From Eledone cirrhosa (taxonomy: Eukaryota), in the NCBI GenBank assembly GCA_964016885.1, contig OZ024740.1, positions 76,942,001 to 77,006,000 on the forward strand: DNA of 64,000 nt. Direction: 5' to 3'. The position numbers were made by a program, and so were the translations under genes. The notes beneath the pieces are model-generated. The model had not been told where the DNA came from. It saw only the letters and a program-made list of their open reading frames with translations, and searched no databases. Below are positions 1 through 14,200 of this stretch, in pieces. Positions within the stretch are counted from its first letter, which is position 1. Every line of letters begins with the position of its first letter.

Positions 1-550
1 GCTGGAAAGCATGTCCGACCCTCTACCGATACTGCCAATGTAGTTATCAGAGGAATTGAACGAGACACAATGTATGATGAGGTCAGTTCTTTGAATTACA
101 TGTACAACTCAATTTTACCAGCTGACTGTACTGAAGCAAAGTTAAATAAATTGTCTTGCTCAAGGACACAACACAGAGCCCAGTCCAGGAATCAAACTCA
201 TCTGTTGTGGTTTAACTTGGTGGTGGTTTGTATTGTTAGGTTCTTCAGCCATTAGTTTCAACATATTCATAAGTAGTTGTCCATATATTTGTAGTGCTTT
301 CCAAATTGTTCAGACTAACACATCACGATACATTAACGGAGCCATAGACTCTCGTTTATTGTGTGTCTACTTTGCCTTCCATGGGCTATAGATTCCATAC
401 ACTGGTGGTTTGTCCCTGTTTGACTGATGGCGCACTATCTCTCTTTCTGGTGTGTTATCTTTTCTACATATCTACCAAATCAACTTTTTAAATGGAAGTT
501 GAAGTTGTAAGGTATGTCAAATCTATCTATTTATATGACTGTTTATATTG

Positions 551-616
551 TATTTTGTCTGATGAAGGCATACCATATTTTTAATATGATATCCCTGAAA
601 TATATATAATGAAATA
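551..616 (+). ncRNA. Type I hammerhead ribozyme motif in a Penelope-like pLTR remnant ending in (TA)n
   Basis: tattttgt-CTGATGA-(agg..catatt/aatatg..cct stem II)-GAAA-tatat-ATA-atgaaata. Stem I pairs with two G:U. Same family as 50934-50999 (shared downstream tatggttttataaatatagtttccatttatt). Confidence 0.7.
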
Positions 617-681
617 AATATGGTTTTATAAATATAGTTTCCATTTATTTAATATCGTATATATATATATATATATATAAT

Positions 682-732
<51 letters not shown>

Positions 733-790
733 CAAGTATATATATGATATATATATATATATATATACAAGTGGAAGCTTAGTAAAATCG

Positions 791-835
<45 letters not shown>

Positions 836-1643
836 TATAATGTATGTACGTATAATGTACGTGTCTATGTATTCAGCTATAGCTGTATATTATATAAGCA
901 AGGTCTGTCTTGACATGTCTTAGCTGTATTATTGTTGTAGTTAATGAGGTGTAGACCATAGGAGTTTTTTTTATATACTTACTTGATATTAATGTTATAT
1001 AATTCCATAATTCTCATCATCTCTCATTGTAATCTTTATTTTATTCCCTTTGTTATGTTTGTTTGTTTCTTTTTGTTGTTGTTGTTGTTGTTTTGCAGTT
1101 GTTTATGATGCCAAAAATATAAATTGTGTTATTTACACCAAATAGTACATAAAAATAAAAATAAAAATACCACCACCACTACCACCTCCTTTCTCCATTT
1201 TCCACCGCCATTACAATTTCTATCGCTCTTTCTGTACCAAAGTTATAAATATTACTGTTTTATCAAAGATATTTTCTAAAATTGTCCCAAATGTACCGAA
1301 TGCCCACTTCACTGGCACCACTCTGACTATTCTGATTAGTTCTGTTTCCCCTATGCTACACCTTATACCCTCTCTCGCTCTCCCCCTCTTCCTCTCTTTC
1401 TCTCTTTCTCTCTCTCTCTATCTCTCCCTATTTTCCCTTCCCAACCTCTCTCTTTCTTTGTGTATATATCTTGATAATCTTGTCTCGACACTCATTAGTT
1501 CTTAATACAATTTCAACATCATTATCTTTTTCCTTCAACTAACTATCTCATGAGAACAGGTTAATTTTTAATAATTCCTCATCTCTTCCCACCCCTCTTT
1601 TACTCTCTTTCATTCTCTCTCACTCTCACTCTCTCTCACACGC

Positions 1644-1686
<43 letters not shown>

Positions 1687-1771
1687 ACACGCACACACAC
1701 GTGCACACACACACACACACTCACTGTCTGCCTAAATGCATCTTCTGTCTTCCTGCTTCTTGTCATATTTG

Positions 1772-1840
1772 AGAAGAAGAAGAAGAAGAAGAAGAAGAAG
1801 AAGAAGAAGAAGAAGAAGAAGAAGAAGAAGAAGAAGAAGA
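1772..1840. repeat. (GAA)n microsatellite
   Basis: Direct reading; explains the poly-F and poly-R ORFs. Confidence 0.95.
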
Positions 1841-2234
1841 AAAGCACCAGCAACAATAACAAGAAAAAGCAAGAAAAAGAACAACAATAATAGCAACAAC
1901 AACGGTCGGTGCAGTTAAGTTAAACGTGAAGTATTAATAACTAAATGCAAAGTTTGCTGCATGGAAATATACTTTAAATAATAATTTCTAACAGGCTGAG
2001 GACCATATGTTTGGGTAAGTGGAGGGTTGTAATACGATATATGGACACTGTACTTCATTGATAGTGTCTTTTATTAAACCTGGAGAGGGTGAAATACAAT
2101 ATCGACTACGATGGAATTTGAACCTTGAACATAGAGAGAACTAAATACCACTTAGCATTTTGTCTGTGACTCTACCAGGCTCGTATTTTGAAAAGGAGGA
2201 CAAAGCTGGATGACATGGCTGAATGTTGGTATAT

Positions 2235-2520
2235 GCTTGGCTGAGCGGTTAAGAAGTTTGCATTACAATCATGAGATCCTGGGTTCGATTCCATTGCATG
2301 ATATCTTGGGCAAGTGTCTTTTCCATATTTGTGAGGGAAATTAGGGAGATGTAAACTATATAGAAGCCCACCGGATGGATCATGTCTGTGATACATCGAC
2401 CCAACTTTGTTCCATATTATGTCAAACTGATTTGGATTTTAAATCACGTAAACTGTGGCTGCCATGCCTGAGGAATACTCAGTCACTTGCACGTTAATTA
2501 TCATTGATGAGATATTGAAT
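2235..2520 (+). mobile_element. tRNA-derived SINE (second family, CORE/V-like centre), degenerate
   Basis: A-box-like tggctgagcgg, B-box-like ggttcgattcc, then ttgggcaagtgtctt. Related copies at about 24545, 37870(-) and 58332. Confidence 0.6.
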
Positions 2521-2783
2521 TTGAAGTAGTTGTCTCATATAAGTAACTCCGTGTTTTCTGATTTTAAAGTCAAGTCCTTACAATTGTTTAACGGTTGTGC
2601 CTTGTGTTACTTAATGAAATGTGCTTTGGATAAACGGAGGTTCAATTTATCACAAATGTAGGAAGGTAGCTGTAGAAGAAATAGAAAGTTTATTACGAAA
2701 TAGTTCGAATAATGGCCATGGAACTAATGACAATAAGAAGCAAAGCAACGTGAACTGACACAAAAGGATTCGAAAGAGGTTGT

Positions 2784-2851
<68 letters not shown>

Positions 2852-2853
<2 letters not shown>

Positions 2854-3039
2854 ACGAAGGAAGTGTGGTAAGGAACCAGATGGTCCATAACGCACCAGAG
2901 TACTTAATACTTCGGGTAGTAGAGTGGGTAATAGGAAAATCTTTAACCCCGACGGCAGAGCTCAAGCCGTTTCGACCGGCTATTTCTGGACGAGCCGTCG
3001 AAACGGCTTGAGCTTTGCCGTCGGGGTTAAACATCTTCC

Positions 3040-3042
<3 letters not shown>
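2852..3042 (-). mobile_element. Fold-back hammerhead-remnant element, family A, copy 1
   Basis: About 50-bp inverted arms (2931-2981 / 2993-3042) containing GAAAC-GGC-ttgagctct-GCC-GTC, plus an 80-bp unique tail; (TA)n on both sides. Confidence 0.8.
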
Positions 3043-3111
<69 letters not shown>

Positions 3112-3123
3112 TATATATATATA

Positions 3124-3311
3124 TAACGAAGGAAGTGTGGTAAGGAACCAGATGGTCCATAACGCACCAGAGTACTTAATACTTCGGGTAGTAGAGTGGG
3201 TAATAGGAAAATGTTTAACCCCGACGGCAGAGCTCAAGCCGTTTCGACCGGCTATTTCTGGACGAGCCGTCGAAACGGCTTGAGCTTTGCCGTCGGGGTT
3301 AAACATCTTCC

Positions 3312-3314
<3 letters not shown>
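3124..3314 (-). mobile_element. Family A copy 2 (tandem duplicate of copy 1, 272-bp period)
   Basis: Nearly identical to 2852-3042, including the fold junction. Confidence 0.8.
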
Positions 3315-3362
<48 letters not shown>

Positions 3363-3364
<2 letters not shown>

Positions 3365-3446
3365 GTTATTCCGGGTTGAATCGGAGATTCCTGATGATTT
3401 CTAATGAATGAAACAGTTCTAGTCCTGTAGAATCTCATCTATATTA
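3363..3446 (+). ncRNA. Family B element with type I hammerhead (3384-3436)
   Basis: gagattc-CTGATGA-tttctaatgaat-GAAA-cag ttctagtc ct-GTA-gaatctc, with a perfect 7-bp stem I. Preceded by 24 bp of the family B tail in inverted orientation. Confidence 0.8.
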
Positions 3447-3472
3447 TAAATATATATATATATATATATATA

Positions 3473-4059
3473 TGGTGGCTGCCAACTCGTTTTCGAGTAC
3501 GGCCACTACTTTATATCCATGTAGGAGAACTCCTACCGATGCGCTGAACGAGTGTGACTTTTTAGTCCAGCCAGCGACTTGAAAACTCTGGTACCAACAC
3601 TACACTTGTGACAATTATTGACACATAGTGCTGGGCCCATGTGACGACAAGTGCAGAGAGATCTCCAGATATAAAGCAATGCCTGTGCCATGAAGCTTTT
3701 ATAGTGAGCAAAGGCACTGCACAAAGCCAGTCCCACTCTCTTAACCAAGATGATATTTACCAAAAAGAAGAACAAGTCAACATCATTGGATACCATCAGG
3801 GTTGCAGGTGTTATATAAGAGTTTTCCTTCTCCTAGAATTCTGCCTTGACAAAGGCTAAGGGGTCATCTCTCCCGGTGATTCTGGATGGCCATTGAATTT
3901 TAAGAGCTCCTTTGCCCTTTGACAGGTTTTATTTTTAGTCCTGCAGGATGTCCAAAGTCACCCTCCTCACCAAGAAACCTTGGTGGGGTTGCCAGTTTAG
4001 TCGCCAACGACCCGACCATGAGACAGGTTGTACTGGGATACATGTTACCAGTAGCACCA
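3473..4059 (-). mobile_element. Non-autonomous bipartite RTE-derived retroelement (~590 bp)
   Basis: Highly similar to 36801-37411(+). The 3' part encodes an RTE-type terminal zinc-finger remnant, CSVGTRVFKSLAGLKSHTRSAH. Ends gcagccacca+(TA)n. Confidence 0.7.
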
Positions 4060-4122
4060 TATATATATATATACATATATATATATGTATTCATATATAT
4101 ATATATGTATATACACACACAT

Positions 4123-4169
<47 letters not shown>

Positions 4170-4191
4170 ACACACACACACACATACACAC

Positions 4192-4305
<114 letters not shown>

Positions 4306-4328
4306 ATGTATGTATGTATGTATGTATA

Positions 4329-4511
4329 TGGTTGCTGCAAACTCTGCTAAGAATATTACAATCGCTTGTCAGATTACAGAAGATGGTGTTCCTTTAGGCC
4401 ACAGCCGGCCACACGAACCTGTAACATATACTGAACAAGCAATGCCTGTGCTTTGAAGGTTTTTAAGTGCTGAAAGGCCTTGCACTCGACCAATCCCACT
4501 CTCTGAGCATC

Positions 4512-4513
<2 letters not shown>
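4329..4513 (-). mobile_element. 5'-truncated relative of the bipartite RTE element
   Basis: Shares gagagtggga..gg, caggcattgctt and a gcagc(a/c)acca 3' end with 3473-4059. Confidence 0.5.
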
Positions 4514-4582
<69 letters not shown>

Positions 4583-4748
4583 CATGTGGAAGCTTAGTAA
4601 AATCGAAGCTATGGCTGTGGGCAAGCAAAGTCGACCTACAATATGAATGAGTTAGCATTTAAACATACGTTTAAATAGCTTGACAAATTGAACATTGTGG
4701 TAGGCAAAACCTAACACACAATACCAAAGTAGCGAAAAAACTAACAGG

Positions 4749-4790
<42 letters not shown>

Positions 4791-4802
4791 ACTCAGAATA
4801 AC

Positions 4803-4842
<40 letters not shown>

Positions 4843-5053
4843 CCTGTTAGATTTTTCGTTACTTTGGTATTGTGTGTTAGGTTTTGCCTACCAATTTTTC
4901 TCCCTCATATCAAGAATTTGAAGACAATTCATTTTCACCTGATGAGATCAGTGATAATCGATCATGGCTTCACAATCGATCTATCTCTTATTAAAACATG
5001 TGTCGTGATTAAATGATTGGAATTTTACCTTGCCTTCGGATTTTCATTTTGAT
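4583..5053. mobile_element. Two family C fold-back elements, tail-to-tail across (TA)n; degenerate hammerhead at 4935-5008
   Basis: 4698-4750 is the near reverse complement of 4841-4893. Motif is tcac-CTGATGA...aAAAC-atgt-GTC-gtga (G12 mutated). A 16-bp family B tail remnant lies at about 4789-4804. Confidence 0.6.
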
Positions 5054-5140
5054 ATATATATATATAGAGAACAGATGAATATTTAAATCGTTTTTTAATT
5101 TATTTAAGAGATTGTTTGATGATCACTTGTTCCGCTCATT

Positions 5141-5195
<55 letters not shown>

Positions 5196-5329
5196 TAAAT
5201 TTGATATATATTTATACTTTTAATATTTAAGTTATATACCTCTATGTTATAAGATATCTCAATTTCTTTGTCATATACATTTCTTATATTTCTGCTTTGA
5301 ACATTTACATTTTTATATGTTTCATCTGT

Positions 5330-5590
<261 letters not shown>

Positions 5591-5971
5591 ATCGAAAAGG
5601 TAAACAGAAATAACAAAGCAAACGACACAGTACAATGAAGAAATATATTACTAATTTTACGCTTGATATAGTAGGAAAAGTGTATGTATCAGCATTTCTG
5701 TGTGTATTGGCGTGTGTATCTGTGTGTGTGTGTCTATGTGTCTGTGTGTGTGGTAATTTCTTTACTTTTAAAGTTGTTATATATCTCTACTGCTTCAACA
5801 CCAGACATAACTCTTTATTTTTATATCTTGTAGATAGAGTTACATTTAAAAATAGGTACAGTTCTCGCCTCGGAGATGAATAAGAATTCATTTGAAAAAT
5901 ATTTCAACAATATTTGATCAAATTCTCTTGGTTAATTTTCAATGATCGAAATAATCCTATTGCGAACATAA

Positions 5972-6232
5972 GCGGCCGAAATTGGGTTCGTCTGAAGGAT
6001 CATTGGAGTAGAGTTACTAAATAGAGTGCATACCTCGGAGATGAGGAAATCTCTCCAGTTTGAGCCGCTACTTCTCCGAATTGAGAGATCACTGCTCCGA
6101 TACTACGACCATGTGGTAAGGATGTCTAAAAATAGAATCGCTGGACAATTTTACAGGCAAAACCAACCCGGAGGATACCCAGGCGGATATCCAGTGAAGA
6201 GATTTAAGCCGACGATGGTGAGATTGATGTAG
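5972..6232 (+). mobile_element. RTE (Expander/Rex3-like) LINE C-terminal fragment
   Basis: AAEIGFV*RIIG..NRVHTSEMRKSLQFEPLLLRIERSLLRYYDHVVRM resembles the RTE motif EPLLLRIERSQLRWFGHLVRM. Confidence 0.75.
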
Positions 6233-6307
6233 AATTTTCTGGAGAAACCATGTATATGTATATATATATACATACACGCATATATATATATTATCTTTCT
6301 CTCTCTC

Positions 6308-7277
<970 letters not shown>

Positions 7278-7278
7278 A

Positions 7279-7309
<31 letters not shown>

Positions 7310-7488
7310 AAGATAATATATATATATATGTCTGCGTGTGTGTGTGTGTTAGTCTCGGGTTCAATCGGAGGTAACCACAGTAAGTAAGGCGGTGGTCGCC
7401 AACATGGGTTCCGCGGAACCTTGGGGTTCCGTAAAACAAACTCCGGGTTCCTTAAAAAACTAAATATTTACATTACCATTAATATTTT

Positions 7489-8594
7489 GGGTTTTCTGAA
7501 AAAGGTGCAAAGAAAATGCCAAAGGTGCAATGTATAAATGAACAAGTACAATTGTAGTGTACACAGGTTCTCCACTCCAATTCGTGGAAAACACTACTTT
7601 TAGTTTCTCACTTGAATTAGCAGAAAAACACTGTTCTGAGATTCGTGGAAATTGAATACTTTCAATTTCACATCAATTCTTGGAAAGACAAAGTTTTCTG
7701 AATTCCGAGAATTTGACTAGTACTGATAATACACTAAGTAAATGTTGGTCGATAACAGCATAACTTTAAACTGAAAACTTCAGTTCAGCGAGGTCTTTCA
7801 GCCGAGAGACAGGGTCAGTTCGCTGTTCTCACAACGTAAGTTCAGTAGAATGTTTTCAATAGAGAACACGTTTTAATCTGCTGTCCTCACAAAAGCTTTA
7901 AAGTTGCCTAAAGTTTTCTTGCAGAGTAAACTCGCTTACTAGTCGTTTTCAACATGCATCCAGTTCTACAGACAATTCTAAATAAGAACACGTTACATTC
8001 TTTGTACTTTGCACAGAAAATATAACGCCTGCAAAGTTTCGACTACTAACAAAGGTAATTTTGGATTCCATGCATACACTATAAACTTTGCCACACAATT
8101 TTATATTCATTTGATGACATCTGCATTCACAATTGAGAAATTTCTTTATACAATAAATATATATGTCCACAAACATTTGACTAAACTTTATTTGTTCCAA
8201 TCTAATATATGTTTAACGCAGCCTAAAGCCGTCTTATATTATATCTAACTTTGAAGGTTAACTTTGCCTTTCATCCTTACGGGGTCGATAAAATAAAGTA
8301 CCAGTAATGCACTGGGTAATTGCTGGCCTTGTGCCTAAAGTAGAAACAATTATATCTAACTTTGAGTCAAAATAGATAGAAGATATCTGAATTAATTTCC
8401 AATACCATCGTCACATCTTCTACACTATCAGCTGATTTGCATTTTTTGCACCTTTTAGTATGGCGGATATTTAAATATATTTACATTACCAATAATATTT
8501 AATACGACCCTAAAGTAGTACATGCAGGAAGTGCTGGACTCTGAAAAAGATTTCTTCTAGTTGTTTATAAATTTGCACCTTTTTCAGTAACCCC
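7489..8594. mobile_element. MULE-like non-autonomous element nested in the hAT 5' region
   Basis: 23-bp TIRs gggttttctgaaaaaggtgcaaa / tttgcacctttttcagtaacccc (2 mismatches). Perfect 9-bp TSD taatatttt at 7480-7488 and 8595-8603. Confidence 0.7.
8257..8350 (+). mobile_element. 5'-truncated Nin-domain-like SINE with 17-bp TSD
   Basis: tttgcctttcatccttacggggtcgataaa core; attatatctaactttga on both sides. Confidence 0.85.
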
Positions 8595-8816
8595 TAATAT
8601 TTTAATATTATTATAAGACTTTAAATAATATGTTTGCCATCCTAAAATGGAGAAATTTCAATTTTTAAAAATTAAAATTCTTTTTTAACTAGTTAAGTTT
8701 TTCCAATTATCTAAAATTAAAGTTAATTTAAGTACTTTTTGTAATAAAAAAAACTTAATTTCTCTTGTTTATTAATGTCATATTAAAAATATTAACTGTA
8801 GATAAATAACCTTGAT

Positions 8817-10711
8817 ATGATGTCTACTGCAAAGAAGCTGAAGTTAGATACCAGCAGTAAGGTTCGACAGTGGTGTGATGATTATGTTAGATATGGATTT
8901 CAAAAAGCTGACACTAAAAAAGATACACCAGATCAGCCCATGTGTTTGCTATGTTCAAAAGTTCTATCAAATAGCTGTTTAAATCCTGCAAAACTTAAAA
9001 GACACCTTGATACTAATCACACCAATGATAAAAGCAAGTCACTGGAATACTTTACTTCGCTGAAAAACAACATAAAAAATCACAAGCTAATATGTATGAC
9101 TTGTTTTGTAAAAAGTCAGATAGAAATAAAGCTTTAACAAGAACATCTTTTGAAATTTCACATTTGATTGCTAAAAACAAGAAACCATTTACATTAGGAG
9201 AACAGTTAATTCTGCCAAGTATAAAAATTGCTACAGAGAATCTTTTTGAAAGCTGCAGTATTAAGGACAAAGAAAAATTAAGCCAGTTACCATTGTCAGC
9301 AAATACCGTAAAAAGAAGGATAATTGATATTTCTTCTGATATAGAAAATCAGATACTAACTGCACTAAAGAAAAGCACATGTTTTGGTCTGCAAGTGGAC
9401 GAAACTACGGATATTAATAACAAGCCTCAATTAATTTGCTATGTACGGTTTGTAGACCTTGATAAAAAAGAATTAGTAGAAAAGTATTTGTTTTGTCTGG
9501 TATTAGACATCACAACTAAAGGTCAAGATATATTCAATAAAATTGAAGAGTATTTTTTAAAAAATGGTGTATTTTGGAGCAAGTTGACTTCAATAACAAC
9601 AGATGGAGCAGCTGCAATGACTGGTAACAATTCTGGTTTGATTGCAAAAATTAAAGAACAGACCCCAAATTGTATTTCAAATCATTGTATGATTCATTGA
9701 GAGGTTTTGTGTTCAAAAAAATTCAAAGACAGAGATGCTCAAATATTAAATGACCAGCTGAAAGACATTGTCAACATTATCAATTTGATCCATGCAAGAG
9801 CAAAAAATTCTATAATTTTTGAATCTATTTGTGAATCTTCTGGAAATAATTATAATAGATTGTTATTGAACAATGATGTGCTTTGGTTGTCTTTTGGGGA
9901 TGCTATGAAGAGAGTTTTTGAACTGAGAGAAGAAATAATAGTTTTTCTAAAAAAACAGAATGATGAAAGAGCAAGTGTATTAGAAACCAATGAATGGAAT
10001 GTGCAACTCGCTTATTTAGTAGACATTTTTGGTGAACTGAACAAACTAAATAAGTGTCTTCAGGGTAAAAATGCAGATATTTTTACTTCAATCAATTTTA
10101 TTACATATTTTCAATCAAAATTAAACATCTTTATAAAAAGAATTGAATCGGACAATTACTCATTACTTTCAAACCTTGAAATAGAGCTTAAAAAGAGAGA
10201 AGATTTTGACTCCAGCAATCTAAAGAAGATTATTCTTTCTCATTTAAATGTGCTTTCCACAAGTTTTTCAGATTATTTTGACTTGATGGAAAAAGATATT
10301 GTTAGCGGAAATTTATGGATAAAAAACCCGTTCACCGAGATCGAGCAGTTAGTGTCAGAAAATGACGCTGGAAATTGTAAAAATTTACTACCTGCACAAT
10401 GCTTACATCAGTTGATGGATTTGAATTCAAACGAAGACCCGAAAGTGATATTCGAAAGCAGAAAGAAAGAACTATGGATCGACTTATTCTTGATTGGCTA
10501 GTTTAATGAAATCAGCCAACTTGCATTGAAATATTTGACTTTATTCCCATCTAGCTACTTGTGCGAAGGGTTTTCGCAGTTGGTAGAAATCGGCACAAAG
10601 AAGATGAATAAACTGTCAGCAATTGACGAGTGTATGAGACTGGCATTAACTAATGTTGAACCTCGATTTTCTAAAATCACTGATGAGGCGCAGCAGCAGA
10701 AAAGCCACTAG
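8817..10711 (+). pseudogene. hAT transposase pseudogene (ZBED5/SCAND3/Buster-like)
   Basis: BED finger CLLC..AKLKRHLDTNH, KPFTLGEQLI, PLSANTVKRRI, DETTD, TDGAAAMTG, HCMIH, LAYLVDIF, SYLCEGFS, terminal QQQKSH. Frameshift near 9090; stops at about 9700 and 10501. Confidence 0.92.
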
Positions 10712-10829
10712 TTAATTGTGTTCGATTACATACACACGCATGAAACACTAAAATAAATAAATACTTTATTATTTTTTTTTGAAAAGTTTTGTATGGTATA
10801 GGTTTCGTGAAGAATAGAGTGTATACACT

Positions 10830-11266
10830 GAATTTGGTGCTCTGAAATAGCGATGTATATATGAATGAATGTATGTTTAATTACTGTATGTTTAATTAAA
10901 AACTATACATACATTCATATATACATCGCTATTTCAGAACACCAATATTAATACCTAATTTTTGCTGGACCGACAACCGCTCTGTGTAATCAGCGCTTAA
11001 ACATTACTGGATTTTCTATAAGAACCCAGCTTCTATAATTATCGGCAGAAGCGAAAGGGTGAGTAATCTTGATAACCGCTAACGAACGAGAAACAGGACT
11101 GTTTATTACTCCCTTTGTTTTTGCTGAGAATAAGTAAGTGACATAGTCACTACTTTAAAATTCATAGCGAATGGTCTTCAAAATGTTTTTGATTAATCAT
11201 ACTGTATATTATCAAATATACTATACATACATTCATATATACATCGCTATTTCAGAGCACCAAAAC
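10830..11266. repeat. Inverted plus direct repeat unit, probable fold-back element
   Basis: 10832-10878 is inverted relative to 10900-10948, which recurs directly at 11218-11265. Confidence 0.6.
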
Positions 11267-11709
11267 TAATATATATACATATATGTAGCGCGCGTGTGTG
11301 TGTGTCCGTGCGTTCAAGATTAAAAAAGACAATTACACAAAACCATATTGGTTTCACGCTTGTAGGAAAGGAAAAGAACATCCAAACTTATCAAACGTTA
11401 GTCTGTCATAAGGTAAGAATAAAATTAAGAAAGAGAAGAGGTTGGGGAGTTGAAGAAGAAAAAAATACGGTTTATCAGGATATGTATGGGGCAGAAAAGT
11501 AGGGGTTAAGTAGTTAGACATGCCAACTGGGGGTGCGGAAGTGGTAGAGGTAAGTCTATTATTTGTGATGGCATGCGTATGCGAATGAGTTGCATCATGT
11601 GAGTGTGCGTATTGTTTCTACGTTTTGTATGTATGTGGGATGTAGTGGCGCATATTATGTTCGTGATGATGTGATGTATCTGAGTGTATTATCACTATGT
11701 TTGTGTGGT

Positions 11710-11830
11710 TCGGTCTTTTGTGCGTAATGTACTTGTTGTAGGCTGAGAGCCTTGACGGCCATATTCTTTTTACACTCGAGGGGTAATCATTCTTGGTCCT
11801 TTCCATATTAGCCCAATGTATTCTCAATGC
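11710..11830 (-). mobile_element. R4/Dong-like non-LTR RT C-terminal relic
   Basis: MERTKNDYPSSVKRIWPSRLSAYNKYITH resembles the R4-type RVRKIWSSELSAYNKVIAH. Confidence 0.4.
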
Positions 11831-12313
11831 ATTCTCAACGTGTTAAAGATTATTTTCTCTCTCCCATTTTCCCCTTTTTTAATCTTTTACTTCTATTCTA
11901 TAATTTTCCTTCGGTTATCTCCCCTATTCAGTCTTTCCTTCTTCATAAGGTATTTAGGTAGCGTGCTTCGTTCTGTTCTTCCTTTTATGTATTCGTTTTC
12001 TGAGAATGTCTTCAATTTTTCATCCGAACGTTATTATCCTACACCCGTTGTACCTGCTCCTGTCGTGGTCGTAAGGTCTTTTTCGAGAGATATCCGTTCG
12101 TTCAACCATGTATTACTCTGTCCAGTGCGTCTGCTATGATGTTTTCGGGGAAAATATTTCGCACTATATTTTGACGTTTTGGGAGGGACCGCAGAGACCA
12201 TCTGTAATCAAATTGAAATCACAGTGTACATTCCAGTTTCACGACTGCTGATTCAATATGATGTTATGTTTCTTCTTTGTTGTAGTTATTCGCGTCCTTC
12301 TTTTGTGCATATG

Positions 12314-12432
<119 letters not shown>

Positions 12433-12618
12433 TGTTGTAAGTTCAGTTAAGACTAATTCAGTTACTTCACTCTATTTCACTTTATTTCATCCTATGTCAT
12501 GTCTCTGAATATGAATCCACGCTTACCCAGGTGACCAGACGAAACTTCTTCATTTTAGATACAGAAAACAAGCACCCACCTCCGCAAGTATCCACCCTCA
12601 TCTTCCTTCTCTAGCTCT

Positions 12619-14200
12619 TATGGCAAACTTCCAAACTTCAGGACTAGCACTATCAATGTGAGCACAATGAAAGGAAGAACAGGAGAGATTGTAGAGATGC
12701 TAGAGCAAAAGAAAATTGATGTGTGATGTGTGCAAGAGAGTCAGCTAGACTCCTTGTTGGTAAAAAAAAACAGTCTTACAAATTTTTCTGGGTGGGCAAG
12801 TACAATGGGCTGGGGGTAGGTATTTTATTAGCTGAAAGATGGGTAGATCTCAGTAATTTGAATGTATGAGAGAATCATTAAACTTATACTTGTACTAAAT
12901 AGAACAATGATTACAGTTATATCTGCATACGCACCTCAATCTGGGTTATCAGACGAACTAACAGATAGGTTTTACGAATCTTTAATGCACTCTACTACCA
13001 TAACGAATAACAGTGACTTCCTAATCATTGCTAGGGACTTTAATGGGCACGTTGGACAACACTGTGGTGGCTACCACAGAGTCCATGGATACTACGGCTT
13101 TGGCGCGAGAAACGAAAAAGGGTTTCAGGCTTCTGGAAATTTGCGACGCCAATGCTCTAGATATATGTAACACAAACTTCAAAGAGCTTGACAACCACCT
13201 GATCACCTATAGATATGGTGAGCATGCTGATCAGATAGACGTTATCCTTAGCAGACGAGATAGAATGACGATTGTTAACACAAAATCCTTCCCTGGCGAG
13301 GAGTGCAACTCCCAACTTAACCTAGTAATTAGCGCCTTTATTGTTAGGGCTAGACAAACTTGAAGACGGAATACAACCTAGGGGAGAACGATATGGAAAT
13401 TAAAACGGCTCTCAGGTTGTAACAAATTCAGAGATATTTTGCTTGATGCTTAAGACAATAAGGATGAACCAATAGAGACATTTAATATAGAGGAGCATTT
13501 GGGAGCACCTGAAAGATAATCTGCTGAAGGCGACGAACTTGATCTGTGGAGGGAACAGGGCTCCTGAGAGAAGGAGAATGATTTGGTGGTGGATCAGTAA
13601 GGTAGATGAGACAATTAAGGCCAAGAGACAGGCATGGAAACAAAGCAAAGAATGGGGGAAGAAAGGCATATTTCCTCGGAGCCAGGAGGGAAGCTTAGTG
13701 ACAAGTATACGTTGCAAGGAGAGAAGCAAAATATCCAAAAAATTGAAGCATGTTTAGCGGTCTGAAGACCAGGGTGTGAAGTATTTAGGATCGTGAGGCA
13801 GTGTGTCAGGAAAATGGTGATGTCGTTGGAGAGAAGTGTGTCCGAGATTATAAAGGCGCACTTGCCCTCACTGATGCTGAAATAAAAATAGCATGGAAGA
13901 GCCATTATGAAAGATTACTGAATGAGAAGAATGCATGGGAGCAAGATGGTCTACCCCATAGATCCAACAGTGGGTCCAGCCTTACAAGTCATCAACAGCA
14001 TAGTAAGTAAGGCAATTAAGGATATGAAAACTGAGTAAGCATCTAGTCCATCGGGAATAGTCGCTGAGATGCTAAAAGCATCTGGGATGGTGGGTCACAT
14101 CTTAACCACTCGTATTATAAACCAGGTAATACTAAGTGGTGTCATACCAAATGATTGGCGTAGCAGCATCATTGTCAATAACTACAAGGGTAAAGGAGAT
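12619..14200 (+). mobile_element. RTE-clade LINE, APE endonuclease to RT N-terminus, disrupted and 3'-truncated
   Basis: TINVSTMKGRTGEIVEML, CVQE, SAYAPQSG, DFNGHVG, NTNF, QIDVIL, WKSHYERLLNE, GIVAEMLKA, IPNDWRSSII, YKGKGD; many stops and frameshifts. Confidence 0.9.

Larger units (their letters stand above)
7390..10815 (+). mobile_element. hAT DNA transposon, Buster/Charlie group, decayed; right end not found
   Basis: Left end cggtggtcgccaac followed by ggttcc subterminal motifs; transposase downstream. Abuts a family B tail fragment (7355-7389). Confidence 0.75.

Noticed and set aside
2852-3314. Family A as MITEs or pre-miRNAs
   Set aside because: The inverted repeat is not terminal (one-sided tail), the junction varies between copies, and the arms contain a hammerhead 3' half.
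8817-10711. Domesticated ZBED5/SCAND3-like gene
   Set aside because: It has a frameshift, in-frame stops and a transposon left end.
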